63,562 nt of DNA, filler included, from Octopus bimaculoides (GCF_001194135.2; 6 parts of 5 records of this genome joined end to end with filler, not necessarily neighbours in it); one strand, 5' to 3'. Positions 37,066-50,598 are shown, counted from the whole stretch's first letter. The notes: generated by a model from the letters alone, not told the origin. Program-made: numbers and translations.

Positions 37066-38812
37066 ATATCAAAAATAAACTTTCAAATGGGGTAAAAACA
37101 AAATATCCGTTAGGTTGTGTAATGTGTGTTTTCAGTTACATCCGATATCCGAATCCTCTGGATTACGTCCATCATCTCGCCGTGATATTGTACAAAAGTG
37201 TGTTACGCTTCTCTTCTAACCATACGAACTTAAATCGCAACAAAATTACACAACGTTCAACAATTACTATTTTTCAAATTGCGTACCGAAGAAAATTGCT
37301 TCTCCTGAAATAAATTGAGTCTATCACAAATAATATTATATTTTCCATAGCAGTAAGTACCACGAGTATTTGCAGTGGTTGGGTAATCAGTTCAGTCCCC
37401 GTTTGGATATTTATCGCACACACAAAGAACCTTTCTTACACCACCTGAAGTATGATAAATTCAACCTTCAGAAAGTGAACGGACAAGAGATGAACATTCT
37501 AGAGAATAAAAGTAATAACTTCAGCAAATACCAATTGAATTGCATGAGAAGTTAAGAAATATTGATTTTACTACATTCTGGCCCTAATTCTTTGTATTAT
37601 TTGCTCACATTTAATAACGGACGAGTATCTCTATAGATGTGTATGCATAGGTGTATGTGTATCTGATGGCACAAGAACACACGTTCACCAACACAGCGCT
37701 TAGAAGTGACGATTGCGCTTTTTCTAATGTGATAAGTGACACAAGTTAAATATTTAGCTCACACATTTTCATGCTAAATCTAGTCAATTGTGCTAGATTT
37801 CATTACCATCCGATAATCAGCTGCATACAAATCATATGTCTGTGTGATTGTGTGTGTGGGTGGTGGTGTACATTCATATATATATATATATATATATATA
37901 TANNNNNNNNNNATTATTAGGGACAAAATCCAAAATTACAGGTAAAAAACTCAATTAAAATCAATTTATAAAAAATTAAATTGAGCCTTATAGATAAAGT
38001 ATATATAAAATATATATAGTTTTAGGGAAAATAACCAATTTTATGCTTGTGTAGCGACGGGCATGTATAGAAAGGGAAATACCTATCTTCCTACATATAT
38101 ACTGACAAAGCTACTATAAGTTATATGGAATTGTCATCATGTAAGGAACGAAAGCAAATATAATGACACCAATTGATTATTTTGGGAGAATAGGAATTAA
38201 AGTATAGGCACTTTTTTTCATGAGTTCACCCCACCTGATCTATGTAACTGGCAATTAAACGAGTTATTTAATACGAAGTAATTGAGAATTGGTTTCCGGC
38301 TTAGTTAATGTGGTTACCAGTACAAAAGAGAACTTTGTAAACAAGTTCTGGTTATCATAAAGGTGTACATTCTAAATCCACATATATTGTTTGAAATCTT
38401 TTTTATGATGAGTGTTCGCTTATTTTATGTAGCGGTCCAAAGCAAATTTTTAATCAACTAAAATTATAACAGTAATAAAATATCGTTACTGCTAAACAAG
38501 GTTTGGATGCAATTTTTAACACCAAATGTATTAAAAATTGAACGAAAAACGTTGTGAAAAGTGAGTCTAGTCTCTTCAATAAATATGGAGATCACTTTAA
38601 TCCAGACATATCGCAATCTTATTACACCTCTTCAACGAAGCGTGTACTTACCAGTATTCACTAGATTTTATAACGACTGACAGAATATACAGATTTTTAT
38701 TTGAAAGAAGAAACAGTCATTGGTTTGAAAATTTCCAAGTAACGATATGGGAAAACTTGCCCGAGATGCACTCTGCTTCAAGAACCCTATAATTATGTGT
38801 GAGGCTTACATA

Positions 38813-39025
38813 TCCTTTCTACTATAGGTACAAGATTTGAAATTTTATGGAGAGGAGAAAATTCGATTACATTGACCCCAGTAGTCAACTGGTACTTATT
38901 TTATCGACCTCCAAAGGATGATAGCCATGTTGACATCGGAGGAATGTGAACTCAGAACATAAAGCAGATGAAATGCCGCTATGCATTTTATCTGGCGTAT
39001 TAACAATTCAGACATCTCGCCGCCT
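38813..39025 (-). mobile_element. SINE family B, decayed
   Basis: GGTACTTATTTTATCGACCTCCAAAGGATG...GAACTCAGAAC...CTCGCCGCC. Confidence 0.8.
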
Positions 39026-39818
39026 TTAAGACTTCCATATAGTGAACGAATACACAAATAGCTTGAATTATAACTGTCAATATCAAGTACCAACAATAGT
39101 TATAATTAAACATCAAATTTTTAATTCCAATAAAAAATTGTTTCTATTACACTAACACGAATTTTATCCTTGGGTAGCAACTGTTATTTCCTATTTGCTT
39201 ACTCCTAGAAAGTATGAAGAATGGCTAATATTTCCTTCAAACTTTGCTTTACTTACATTTATCCAAACACCAAAGAATTCCTTTCAACACATCACTATGG
39301 TGCTCTCCAACTATTCCTGCCACTAAGTGACATGCTCGAGTGGTCAAGGTCAAACAACTGACAAGAAAATCTGTGGTACAGAGCAGACTATTTGCTATAA
39401 CGGTATTTCTTCTCAGCACTTAATCTGTCCGAAATGTAATGAAAAATAGGTCAGTTTCAAAGCATTGATGTCCAGATCACAAAAGCAAAGCTTGAAGATA
39501 ATAATAGGAAATAGAAACTAACGCTTACTGACCAAAGACAAAAATTAAACAAGAAAAATTAAAATTTCGTTACAGGATGTTATAGACAGAAGGTCAGCAA
39601 TTATTGTGAGAGGAGATTGGAGATTGGTCAATTTAATTGATCCCAGTACATGAAGCAAAGTGAACTACGCCCATATTTTAACCCAGAGCAATGTATTCAC
39701 TACTCTATGATGATTTCTGAGGTTGACACAAAATTCGTAAAGTTGGTGGCAGCAAGAAACAACTAATGCAATTAACCCCTCCACAACATCAACCCTGGAT
39801 GACATTTGAACTCAGATT

Positions 39819-39871
<53 letters not shown>

Positions 39872-39917
39872 AATCATCAACATCAGCAGCAGCAGCATCT
39901 TCTTTTCCATCTTCATT

Positions 39918-40004
<87 letters not shown>

Positions 40005-40005
40005 T
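39819..40005. repeat. Compound trinucleotide microsatellite (CAT)n-(CAG)n-(CTT)n-(TAT)n
   Basis: Visible directly; it produces the poly-H/Q/S/Y ORF artefact. Confidence 0.95.
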
Positions 40006-40138
40006 TATGTTTGACTTTTGTTTTGCATTTGTACAAGTTGGATCCAAGTCTCACCCAGAGACCTCAAGAGACAACAAGTTAGAAGTGCATGTAGGTGTTA
40101 TGCCTAGGGTACCATATATTTGGATTTGTACAGTTTTG
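40006..40138 (-). mobile_element. 3' end of an R4/Dong-like LINE embedded in (TAA)n
   Basis: Minus strand TCTTGAGGTCTCTGGGTGAGACTTGGA...AAAAGTCAAACATAAAATAATAAT, with (TAA)n on both sides. Resemblance to R4 3'UTRs is from recall. Confidence 0.5.
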
Positions 40139-40143
40139 TTATT

Positions 40144-40174
<31 letters not shown>

Positions 40175-40179
40175 TTATT

Positions 40180-40279
40180 NNNNNNNNNNNNNNNNNNNNN
40201 NNNNNNNNNNNNNNNNNNNNNNNTTAATTAATTAANNNNNNNNNNNNNNNNNNNNNNNNNNNNNNNNNNNNNNNNNNNN
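40180..40279. other. Artificial scaffold linker
   Basis: N44-TTAATTAATTAA(40224-40235)-N44. Confidence 0.95.
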
Positions 40280-40610
40280 ATTGCAACTCCCCCATGACTT
40301 CTATCCCTTCTGTCTGTTCGGAGTACGGCATACTCTGGTATATTTATCTCCGCATCTGCTATATTAGGTGTTAGATGCGTTTCGGTAAGCACCATGCATA
40401 TTGCTTGATTGCATGTTACTAGGTCTTTCAAGTATAGGAACTTGTCTTTGCCGCCTGTTCGTAATAGGCCCCGGATATTCAGTAGGAATATGGGTGTGAT
40501 ATCTGTGCAGGGGTTCCTGGTGTTAGCGGTGGCCATCCCTGATCCATCATCTGTGGTGGTCTTGGACAATGGTTCGTGTGGCGTTGACTCTGTACCCTCT
40601 GCATCCACGT
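40280..40610 (-). mobile_element. APE endonuclease N-terminus of a non-LTR retrotransposon
   Basis: FLLNIRGLL...KFLYLKDL...MVLTETHL..IADAEINIPEYAVLRTDRRDRSHGGVA (N..G, L.ETH, R.DR..GGV motifs). Cut by the linker. Confidence 0.85.
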
Positions 40611-40683
40611 TAACTGTTGTACCATTTTCTGGTACATATATATATATATATATATGTATGTATATTTATATGACATGTTTATT

Positions 40684-40723
<40 letters not shown>

Positions 40724-41141
40724 TACGTACATTACCAAACATTGTCATAAATAAGATTTTTAGCATATTACAATAAAACAAAAAGCAAAACATATTTGTA
40801 GACAAACTAATAAATAATTGATAATTCATTAAGGAAATACGTTTTTCTCTAATTTGAATTTCTTATGAATTTTCTTTTACTGACTTTTGGCTAACTGAAA
40901 TTGTGGAGAAATAACACAGTTATTTCTTTCCCCACAATGCTAAAATACATATTTATACATTTATACTCCAATTATTAGCAGTGTGTATTTTAAATAAGTA
41001 ATAAATATGTGAACATATATGTGTATAGTATATTATAGCATTATTTTTCAGTAATTAATGTAAATGCAATTAAAAATAAACTCATTACAACATTTAGAAA
41101 TGCAGTTATATGCAATTAAAAATACACATTTTAACACAGTC

Positions 41142-41178
<37 letters not shown>

Positions 41179-41204
41179 GCGAGAGGGGGGGGAGAGGGAG
41201 TATC

Positions 41205-42170
41205 TTTTATCTTTTACTTCTTTCAGTCATTAGACTGCGGCCATACTGGGGCACCACCTTGAAGAACTTTTAGTTGAATGTATCAATCCCAGTACTTAGT
41301 TCTTTTAAAGTCTGGAACTTAGTCTATCCATCTCATTATGCCGAACTGCTAAGTTATGGGGGATGTAAACGCACCAGTACTGGTTGTCAAGCAGTGGTGG
41401 GGAACAAACACAGATACAAAAAAAAGACATACACACTTAACAGGAGGTGGCTAGGGAGAAGACTGCACCAGGCTTCAGTGTCTAAAAACCATACCAAAAT
41501 AGACACTGAAGCCTGGCTAGCTCCTATCAAATTGTGCAACCTGGATGTTAAATGATGATAATGCTGATATATTTGATGGGCTTCTTTCAGTTTTCCATCC
41601 ACCAAATCCACTCACAAGACTTTGGTTGGCTCAAGGCTATAGCAGAAGACACTTCTGCAAGGTGCTTCACAGTGGGACTGAACCAAAAACGTGTGGTTGG
41701 GAAGTAAGCTTCTTACCACACAGTCACCTATATATATTTAGGTGAAGACATGGCTGTGTGGTAAGATATTTGCTTCTCAACCACAAAGTCTGGATTCAGT
41801 CCCACTTCATGGCACTTTGGGCAAGTGTCTTTTATCTTTTACTTCTTTCGGTTATTAGAGTGCGGCCATGCTGGGGCATCACCTTGAAGAGCTGACAAAA
41901 GCTTTGTGAGTGAATTTTGTAAACAGAAACTGAAGGAAACCCAACATATGTGTGTGTTTGTGTGTGTATGTGTGTGCATGCACGCATGTGTGTTTTGACG
42001 GCATGTGATAGTTTTGTAAATGAGTGTCACTGTCAGGCAAGCACTGTCCTTATTTCCAGTCTTCCTCGAAAACATACCTGGAAAAACAGGTGAAGGTTGG
42101 TGACAAGAAGAGAACCAAGCTGTAGGAAATCTACCTCAACAAATTCCAATCCAGACAGATGCATAATATA
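41205..42170. mobile_element. Cluster of CpG-decayed SINE family A fragments in both orientations
   Basis: 3' part at 41205-41420 (-), heads at 41570-41735 (-) and 41745-41830 (+), further pieces to 42170. CpGs are replaced by TpG/CpA. Confidence 0.8.
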
Positions 42171-42794
42171 TATAAATAAGAATAATTAAAACAATATGAT
42201 AATAATAATGATTAGATGATGAAAAAAAAGAAAAAGATGCTGGAGAAGAACAATACAAATAATTCTAACAATAATACAATAATAATACTAGCAACAATAA
42301 AAGTGTGATCTTAGTGGTACAAGTGTGAAATGCCATTTGAACCACTAAGATCACTCTTATTGGTGCTAGCATTATTATTTTTAAGGGGATTTTGTGCTTT
42401 TTCTTTCTTTATTTTCTTCAAACTATTGTCTTGTTTTTATGTTTCCATTCATCATTTATATTTTCATTTTATACTTATATTATCATGTTTCCTCTCTATA
42501 TAAGCAACATAAAATACATTTTCATAGCACAATGTATTATAAGAATGCATGTTCTGATGCTAGTCTGGTGAAATAACACTCCAATATAACCAGTCACACA
42601 TATTGTGTTACTTTTCACATGGAATCATTCATGTGCAATGGCACTGAAAGGGGAGTGATACCAAAACAATTGCAACTACTAATAAAGATGTGCTTAATTC
42701 ATTCCTTATTTTCTTACTTGCAGCAGCAGCAGTGGCAGTGTTGATGTCAGTGGCAGTGGTGGAAGCATCATTGTCATTGTCATCATCATCATCA

Positions 42795-42990
42795 TCATTT
42801 AACATCCACTTTCCATACTGATATCACTTGGATGGGTTGACAAGATCTGATGAGCTGCAGAACTTGTAGGGCCTCAATGTTGATTTTGGCATAGTTTCTA
42901 TGGCTAGATGCCCTTTCAATATCCAACCACTTTATAGAGTGTACTGGGTTTTTCCAAAACCAGCACTGGTGAGGTTGTCAAGTAAATTGC
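42795..42990 (-). mobile_element. SINE/LINE 3' tail with (ATG)n terminus, decayed
   Basis: CATCATTTAACATCCACTTTCCATACTG...TGGCTAGATGCCCTTTC; homologous to the reverse complement of 48040-48205. Confidence 0.65.
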
Positions 42991-44444
42991 AAGTCAGAAA
43001 AAAAAAAGTTTAAAAAAATAAAACAAGAAAGAAAAGAAAAAGCTCCCTTGACTGAGTGAGATGGTATTTGAAAGGTGGAGTGGCTTTATGCCAGGTGTTG
43101 AAGGCTAAAGTATGATAGAGGGACAAGCACAGGTGTCTTGCTATACAAGAGATACATGGCTATCCTGCATTATATGTAAGTGGTTGAGAGTAACTAGGAA
43201 GAAGATAATGATGGTGATGATGGGGAGTCAGAGCACACTCTCAAGGTAGAAAAAGGTGATAATAAGGGAGAATATAGACAATGGAGTTGGTGAGAAGCGA
43301 AGAGTAGGTAATTTTATAAGAGTGTGAAAGGGGAGTAATAGATGGTTAGAGAAGGGGCTAATTGTAGATGTTGTCAGGAATGAACAAGTAAGATGGTTTG
43401 GTTGATAGTAAATATCAGTATGGAGGGGTAGGAGGAGAGAGAGAGAGGGAGAGAGAGAAGTGGCTCAGGAAGGAGGAAGTAGCAAACACTGGCATAGGAG
43501 TTGGGGCATCATAAATCTGTAGACCAATGTATGATGCCAAGCATGCATATTAATGCAAACATGTAAGCATAATTTCTTTATGTAAGCATAATTAATACTA
43601 CATGAAGATGATTGCAAAACAGCTGTAATCCTAAGGATGCCATGTGGTTAAATAAATATATACATTTCATACCTCTTGACTTTCATATTTATATACATAC
43701 ATCTATATAAATATAGACATATATTCTTACACAGACACATATGTATGTATACACACATATACGCACATAGAGAGCAAAGAAATCAGAGTAAGAGCCATCT
43801 GATAAAAGTTCAGGAAACTATTATTTCTGATACCAACAAAGGGTTTCTCCATAAGAGCAGTGTATGATGACTGAGAGCAAAGTGCACAACTACATGTAAT
43901 GAGACACATGAGTTTTGAATGCAAGGGATCTACTAATATTAGAATGGATTAAATAAAGCATGCTCTAATGGATGTGTAATACTAGTGTGCATGAATGACA
44001 GAGCATAAATGACATGAAATGAACACTCAACATCAGAGAAATCATGTGTAGTATGAAAGAGAGAAGGTCCAGTCCTTGTTTTGGTATGGTAGATTGTGTA
44101 TTTTAATCACCCTGAGAACTATGCTGGCAAAGTGCAAGTTTCTGGTAGGGCCTCCCATGCCGGACAGATCAAAGGATAGAGGCCAGACTAATATGGAACG
44201 CTTCTTCCTAGAAAAAAGACGAGTAGCACCAACACCCATTTTTGAGGGGAAAAAACAGTTACAGAAGCATTGATGACAATTCAAAACCAACAAGACCTTG
44301 AAAAGGAGAGCTTTATCTGCATGTGACTCAGAGGAGAAGTGAAAACACTCTTGAATTGTGCACTGAGCACTTTACTTATGGATTAGGCTCACATTGTTTG
44401 TGAAGCAAAGATCTAAAATATTGCTTCCCCTGGTTGGTTGGAGT

Positions 44445-44602
44445 ATTGCGAGACGCAATGAAAAATTTAGGAAAAATAAATAAGTAAATGAGTTTAAACT
44501 TTACCCAGTGAGTGTGTTAAATAATAAGACACTAAAAGAGAATAACTCTCCCCAGACAAAACAAAATATGCTTCAACACAAGAACTCACATAAATAATCT
44601 TG
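44445..44602 (+). mobile_element. Single arm of the repeat that forms the 56772-57030 palindrome
   Basis: ATTGCGAGACGCAATGAAAAATTTAGGAAAAATAAATAAG...AAAATATGCTTCAACACAAGAACTCACATAAA matches 56909-57030 and the reverse complement of 56740-56772. Confidence 0.85.
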
Positions 44603-45344
44603 CAAACCAAATCCATAAACAAAATATATATATATTGATATTGATATTTTAAAGGGAAGTGAATGCCACTCATTTCCCTTCTTTCAACTATATGATAGAA
44701 TTTAGTTGCATAAACATAGTAAATAATGAAATTTGTAAAACTTCTGGTATGCCATTCATATATAATCTACTTCCATAAAGTATCGAAGATGTAGAGCTTT
44801 AATATTGGATTTAAACAAAATAAAAAAAAAAATTCTATTTTCATAAATTATTTGTTTTTAGCTTTCCAAGAAATATGTATGGATCAATAATGAAAAAAGA
44901 AAAAAGAAAAATTGATGATATTCTACTAAAAAAAATTGCTTTAAATACAAACTAGACAATTGAAATTGTCTATATTTTTGGTAATAGAATTAGTTTGGAA
45001 AAGTGAGATTCGATGATGAATATTTGTAGCCAATATTAGGCTGGCGTAGGGTTGATAAAGCAATAAATAGAGCATTGAACCAAATACCTTAGAAAATTTT
45101 ATTACAACCTTTTTTGTTACAACTAAAATTCCACTGAAGACAACATCACTTGTCATTCCTTCAGGGAAAATTATATATATATATATATATGTACACATAC
45201 ACACTCACATATTATCATTGTATTGTATGTTTAAATATGCAAACAAGTTGAAAAAGTACTCAATTACATTAAGTAAAGTTTAAATCTCTTTTTATGATTA
45301 CAAGGCAAACATTTTTTTCAAGTCACAACTCTGTAGCGAGATTT

Positions 45345-45401
45345 TGTTTGCTGTTGCTGCTGCTGCTGCTACTACTGCTAGTGCTACTACTACTACTACT
45401 G

Positions 45402-45432
<31 letters not shown>

Positions 45433-45460
45433 CACTACTACTACTACCACTACTACTAAT
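45345..45460. repeat. (CTG)n-(CTA)n compound microsatellite
   Basis: Visible directly; it produces the poly-L ORF artefact. Confidence 0.9.
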
Positions 45461-45639
45461 ATTCACTCCTATAGTGTGAAGACATAATTTTGATTCACTC
45501 TTTGAAACTTGTTTTATTTCAAGTATTACAAAATGAATTATTCTTTGGAACCCTTGTAAAAAGCATCATAATTGTCTAATGAGGTGTTGCCTTTTAGTTT
45601 GTTTCATAAACTTTTAAGATTCTATGTATATACATTATA

Positions 45640-46520
45640 TTTTCATATCCAAAATGGCTACTACACACAAGTATGCCACATGACAAAATAATACAATGGC
45701 TAAAAGAAGAAAAACCGAATCAAAATACACAGTAAATGCACAAGAAGAAGAAATTGACTATTTTGAGGCATTTGAATATATGAAACATTTTCTTCTATTA
45801 ATAGTTCACTATACTGTGAACAATTAATAGAAGAAAGTGTTTGAAATACTCAAATAAGTAATTTAGAAAACAACAACAGCAGGAACTCTATATACTTCTA
45901 AATACCGTGGACTGTTCATATGGCAGTTATGTGAAAACAAACCTTACTTCAACACTAAATCAACAAACAGAATTTTTATACCTATCACAAATACAAGAAA
46001 GAAATATAGCTTCGAGAATTCAGTAAAGCCTGACAGCATTCCTTTGCCACAAGAAATAATCTAAGAGAAGGTAAAGAGAAAAATATTATATCTCTGCTTG
46101 TGTAAAGACAGAAGTAGATTATATTTTCCTTAATACCAAGTAGTACATCAAGCCATCCAAGACATGATGCAGGAAATTATCTTAGCCGAAAAAGGTCAAA
46201 GTTATAGCATTACTTGCTGTACCTTTCAAACTGAAAATACTGAGAAAATGCAGGAATAAATTGTCAAACATATCCCTGACAAAACAACTGTGTTCCAGTA
46301 CAGGAATCAAAGACACACAAGAATTACAGAAAAACATCGGACATGATGTAAACTTGTGCCTATTTTTGTGCCACGATATGGGAGAGTGGTCAATAGTTGT
46401 CAGAGTAATACACACCTTACAGCAAATATCCTAAAGAAACGGAAAAATTAAGCAAAACCAAAGAAAACAAAAGCAACAACAAAAAGAACAACAAACTACA
46501 GTTTATAGTCACCATCAACT
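45640..46520 (+). mobile_element. Probable highly decayed LINE remnant
   Basis: A-rich coding-like strand with short peptide islands. No diagnostic motif. Confidence 0.3.
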
Positions 46521-47094
46521 AAAACTCTGTGGATGGCAAAGAAAATATCTTTAGGCCTATTATCACAAATATATGAGCAAATATATCTCCTAACAATACC
46601 AATGCAAAGTGCCACATCTTCATTATGTGGTGGGAATGAAATCATTACAGGAGAAAAATAAAGGAAATGCAGTGGATGAAGATAACTAAGGTTTGCTGTT
46701 CTTTGAAAACCAGACGTTTAATAGATAAACTTGTGTATCTGCCATGCCATAGACTCTCTGAAGAAGTTTTAATGACACAAAAACAGTAGGTTTGGAATAA
46801 TAAACAACTTGCAGAAGTTAGACTGCTAATAAAATTAAGATATTGTATTGAATCTAAAAAAGAATACCCTGAAGATATTGGCATTTTGTAACACCAGCTG
46901 TCTTTAAAAATGCTCACTAGTGCATCTGGCTGCACGTGAATACAATTTGTGAAATAAATAAGTGAATGGTGTCTTGGAATATTCAATTCAATCCAACCAG
47001 AAAAATTTTTCATGTCTTATTTCTTTAAACTATATCTTGTTTTAATTGCTGTGTTTTATTGTAACTTCTATTTATTTTCATGTACATGTGTGTA

Positions 47095-47134
<40 letters not shown>

Positions 47135-47785
47135 CATAGGTGTGGGCATGTGTGTATATATGTGACTGTGTAGGCATGTGTGTATATATAGGAGTATGTG
47201 TGTATATGTAAATGTGAGTGCATGCACCTTTAAAATACATCTTCCTATTTATTTTATAATTCCCCTTAGTAATTTGTAAAAGTGTTTTTTTCATACTTTG
47301 CTGTCTTCCTTTATAATCTTTGTAACCCCTAGGAAAAGTCTATCTCTTAAGCCCTTATTGCTAATAAAATAGGTACCAGTCAAGTACTGGGGTCGACTAG
47401 GCCCCTCACTCAAAATTTCAAGCCTTGTGCATTTAATAAAAAGAATCATCATCATCATCATCATCATCATTATCATTACTATTGTTAGGACTGGGACCTG
47501 GCAGAATTGTTATTGTGACAGAAATATTATTTTCAGTATTTATTTTAGCTTTTTATATTCTGAGTTCAAATAAAGGCAGCAAGCTGACAGAATCGTTACT
47601 GCACCTGACAAAATGCTTTGCAGTGTTTCTTCTGGCTCTTCATTTTAAGTTCATATTCCACTGATGGAGCTTTTTGAACTAGTGTTTTTTTTAGATGGCT
47701 GCTCTTTCTGACCCTAATTATAATTGCTACTTATGACATGCAGAGATACAGTGTGTCTATTTTAAAATTGGGGACTCAAAGTTTT

Positions 47786-47849
<64 letters not shown>

Positions 47850-47949
47850 CATATGTACAGATCTCAATCCTCTCTAAGGAGATGACAAAGGACTGAGATA
47901 TGTGGCACACCATAACAGAAAAGATCCTAAAACCAAGGTACCACATAAA

Positions 47950-48205
47950 AAGCATTGGTGCTGGTGCTGGTGCCATGTAAAACGCACTGGTGTTGGTGTC
48001 ACATAAAAAGAACTGGTAATGATGATATGTAAAAAACAGTCAGTACACTCTGTGGGGTGGTTAGTGTTAGGAAGGGCATCCAGCTGTGTAAACCACAAAA
48101 GCAAAATAGACTATAAAACCTGGTGCAGTCCCTGACCTTGTCAGTTCCTGTTAAGCTGTCCAACCCATGCCAGCATGGAAAACAAATGTTAAATGATGAT
48201 GATGA
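47950..48205 (+). mobile_element. SINE/LINE 3' tail with (ATG)n terminus
   Basis: GTTAGGAAGGGCATCCAGCTG...CCAACCCATGCCAGCATGGAAAAC...TTAAATGATGATGAT. Confidence 0.7.
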
Positions 48206-48334
48206 TAATTATATATATACAAACATAATAATATTAGGGACAAAATCCAAAATTACAGGTAAAATTCCCTAAAACTATATATTTTATATATACGAACATA
48301 TATATATATCTATAGGATTGGCTAAGCTCAGTCG

Positions 48335-48706
48335 TGGCTCTGAGAAGCTTGCTTCTCAACCACATGGTTTTGGCTTCAGTCTTATGGCATGGCTTACCAA
48401 AACTTTGTGAGTAGGTTTGGTGGACAGAAACTGAAAGAAGCTTGCCTTATATGTTTATATGTGTGTGTGTGTGTGTGTATACCCTTGACTCAACATCATA
48501 TATTGGTTGTAAATGAGCATCATCATCAAACAAGCTATGTTGTTTGTTCTTAGGCTTCAGTAAAAAAACATGTCTGGTTATGGGAAAATATCACCTTAAC
48601 TGTAAACAGGTGAGGGTTGATGATAGGAAGTCATCCAGCTTTAGAAAATTTGCCTCAGTGAATTCTATCACATCGAAATGTGAATGTCAAAATGATGATG
48701 ATGATA
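48335..48706 (+). mobile_element. SINE family A long variant, CpG-decayed
   Basis: Head GTGGCTCTGAGAAGCTTGCTTCTCAACCACATGG, later AAACAGGTGAGGGTTGATGATAGGAAGTCATCCAGC and an (ATG)n tail. Confidence 0.7.
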
Positions 48707-49719
48707 TAAGTTGTATTAGTTTGGCAAGTGACTTAATCTGAGATCATACATAAGGCATACTTTTAATTACATTTTTCTGAAAATAAACAGAAATGTGAGT
48801 AGAGAGCTCATGAACTTTGCAAGTCATTCCAGACATTTTCAGAAAATATGTACTGAAATAAAATGCTTGTAATAGAATCACTCTTACGAAATGCATTTGT
48901 GTTGAAACTGACTAATACATTGTAGCAAAATGACTATATATCAACAAAAAATATATGTAAATCTATTATTTTATTGTGTAATCATATTTATTTAAAAAAA
49001 TCTTGTTATATTTAATAGTACATCTATGATCTAGACTATCACAATTTATTGGTGTGATTTGACCTCAGAACTATCCTGGTAAAGTTGTTTGCTAGAAACA
49101 CAAGTTGATTAAATCAATGTCTGTCAAAAAAAATGATGAAACCAGAATAGGGTCACCTACATGTGTGCAGTGACATAACAATACTCATATTGGTGAATGA
49201 CTACACTATAAGATCATAAAATGTAATGGCTATGCTTGTATTCTTTAGGTAGGGTAAAGGCTGCTTTTAAAGGAGAAGATCACTCAAAATAAGATCTTAA
49301 TGGATCATACCAATATAATCTTTGATCTACAACTATCAGAGAATCAGACTGTGTGTATTTGAGCATGTTATCTTTTAGTCAGGAGAGAAGGCACTGCTTC
49401 TTTACAGGGCTTCCAAGACTTGTGGGAGGAAGTTATCTTCAAACCAGTAATCAGGTCCAAATATGTGCAAATGTGTCTGTGGACTCTTAAAAGCACCCAC
49501 CCCAAGTGCCAGCCTGTCATGTTAAACTGGGTGATGAAATATGTCACCTACTCAGAATGCAAATTGCAGGAACAAAAAGCACAAGTCACCTGGTCCAATA
49601 TTCTAACTATTTGTAGCCCTAGATTGAGTACTTTTTATTTGATTGTAGACTATGTACAGTCAGAACAAATACTCTTAGGTTTTCTACCCAACGTTCCAAC
49701 AACTCTACCTGTATATGTA

Positions 49720-50048
49720 TATTCTTTTACTTGTTTCGGTCATTTGACTGTGGCCATGCTGGAGCAATGGCTTTTAGACAAAGAAATTGACTCCAGGACT
49801 TATTCTTTGTAAACCTGGTACTTAATCTATCGTTCTCTATCACTGAACTGCTAAGTTATGGGGACGTAAATACATCGACATCATATATTTATATGATGGG
49901 CTTCTTTTCGGTTTCCATCTACCAAACCCACTCACAAGGCTTTGGTTGGCCTGAGGTTACAGTAGAAGACACTTGCCTAAGGTGCCATGCTGTAGGACTA
50001 AACTTGGAACCATGCGGTTGGGAAGCAAGCTTTTTACCGCACAGCCAT
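49720..50048 (-). mobile_element. SINE family A, CpG-decayed
   Basis: Homologous to the 11531 and 18388 copies. All 7 head CpGs seen in the 18388 copy are TpG/CpA here. Confidence 0.9.
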
Positions 50049-50541
50049 GTAGATACACACATACACATGTGCATACACACACGTATATATATATTTCTGT
50101 GCACATATTATACATATGACTATTAAATTTTACATGCAGAAGTTTGTGAACCAGAAGATGTTTATTTACTCCACTGAGTCATCACTTAAAGTATACATTT
50201 TGTAACTGGAAAATTGTTAGCCTTATTTACACAACTTGAATTTTATTCTCAGTAATATGGGTTGGAATAGATACATGTAAGCTTTTAAATATACTCATCC
50301 TAGTTACAACTGGTAGTCAAAGTGAAGATTACTTTGCACATACAAATTCCTTTTAAAATGGTACTAGATTAACCCTTACAAATTACTTAGTTTTGGCTAT
50401 TTTAGTATTGTACAATAAACAATACAATATTGTACAAAAGAGAGTAGAATACATTTATGACCTATGTAATTTGCATAAATTTGTTTACCTCAAACATATA
50501 TTTTTCACAGAGACTTAACACTAAACAGTATATCCCATGAA

Positions 50542-50567
50542 TCTATATATATAAAAATGAGAATGTG

Positions 50568-50598
<31 letters not shown>

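Noticed and set aside
39806-40231. Poly-His/Gln/Ser/Tyr ORF (also the His-rich ORF 52113-52559 and poly-Leu ORFs at 26634 and 45294)
   Set aside because: These are translations of trinucleotide microsatellites with no flanking coding signal.
49378-49812. ~140-codon open frame
   Set aside because: No recognisable domain, its 3' third runs through a SINE, and there is no clear donor site.
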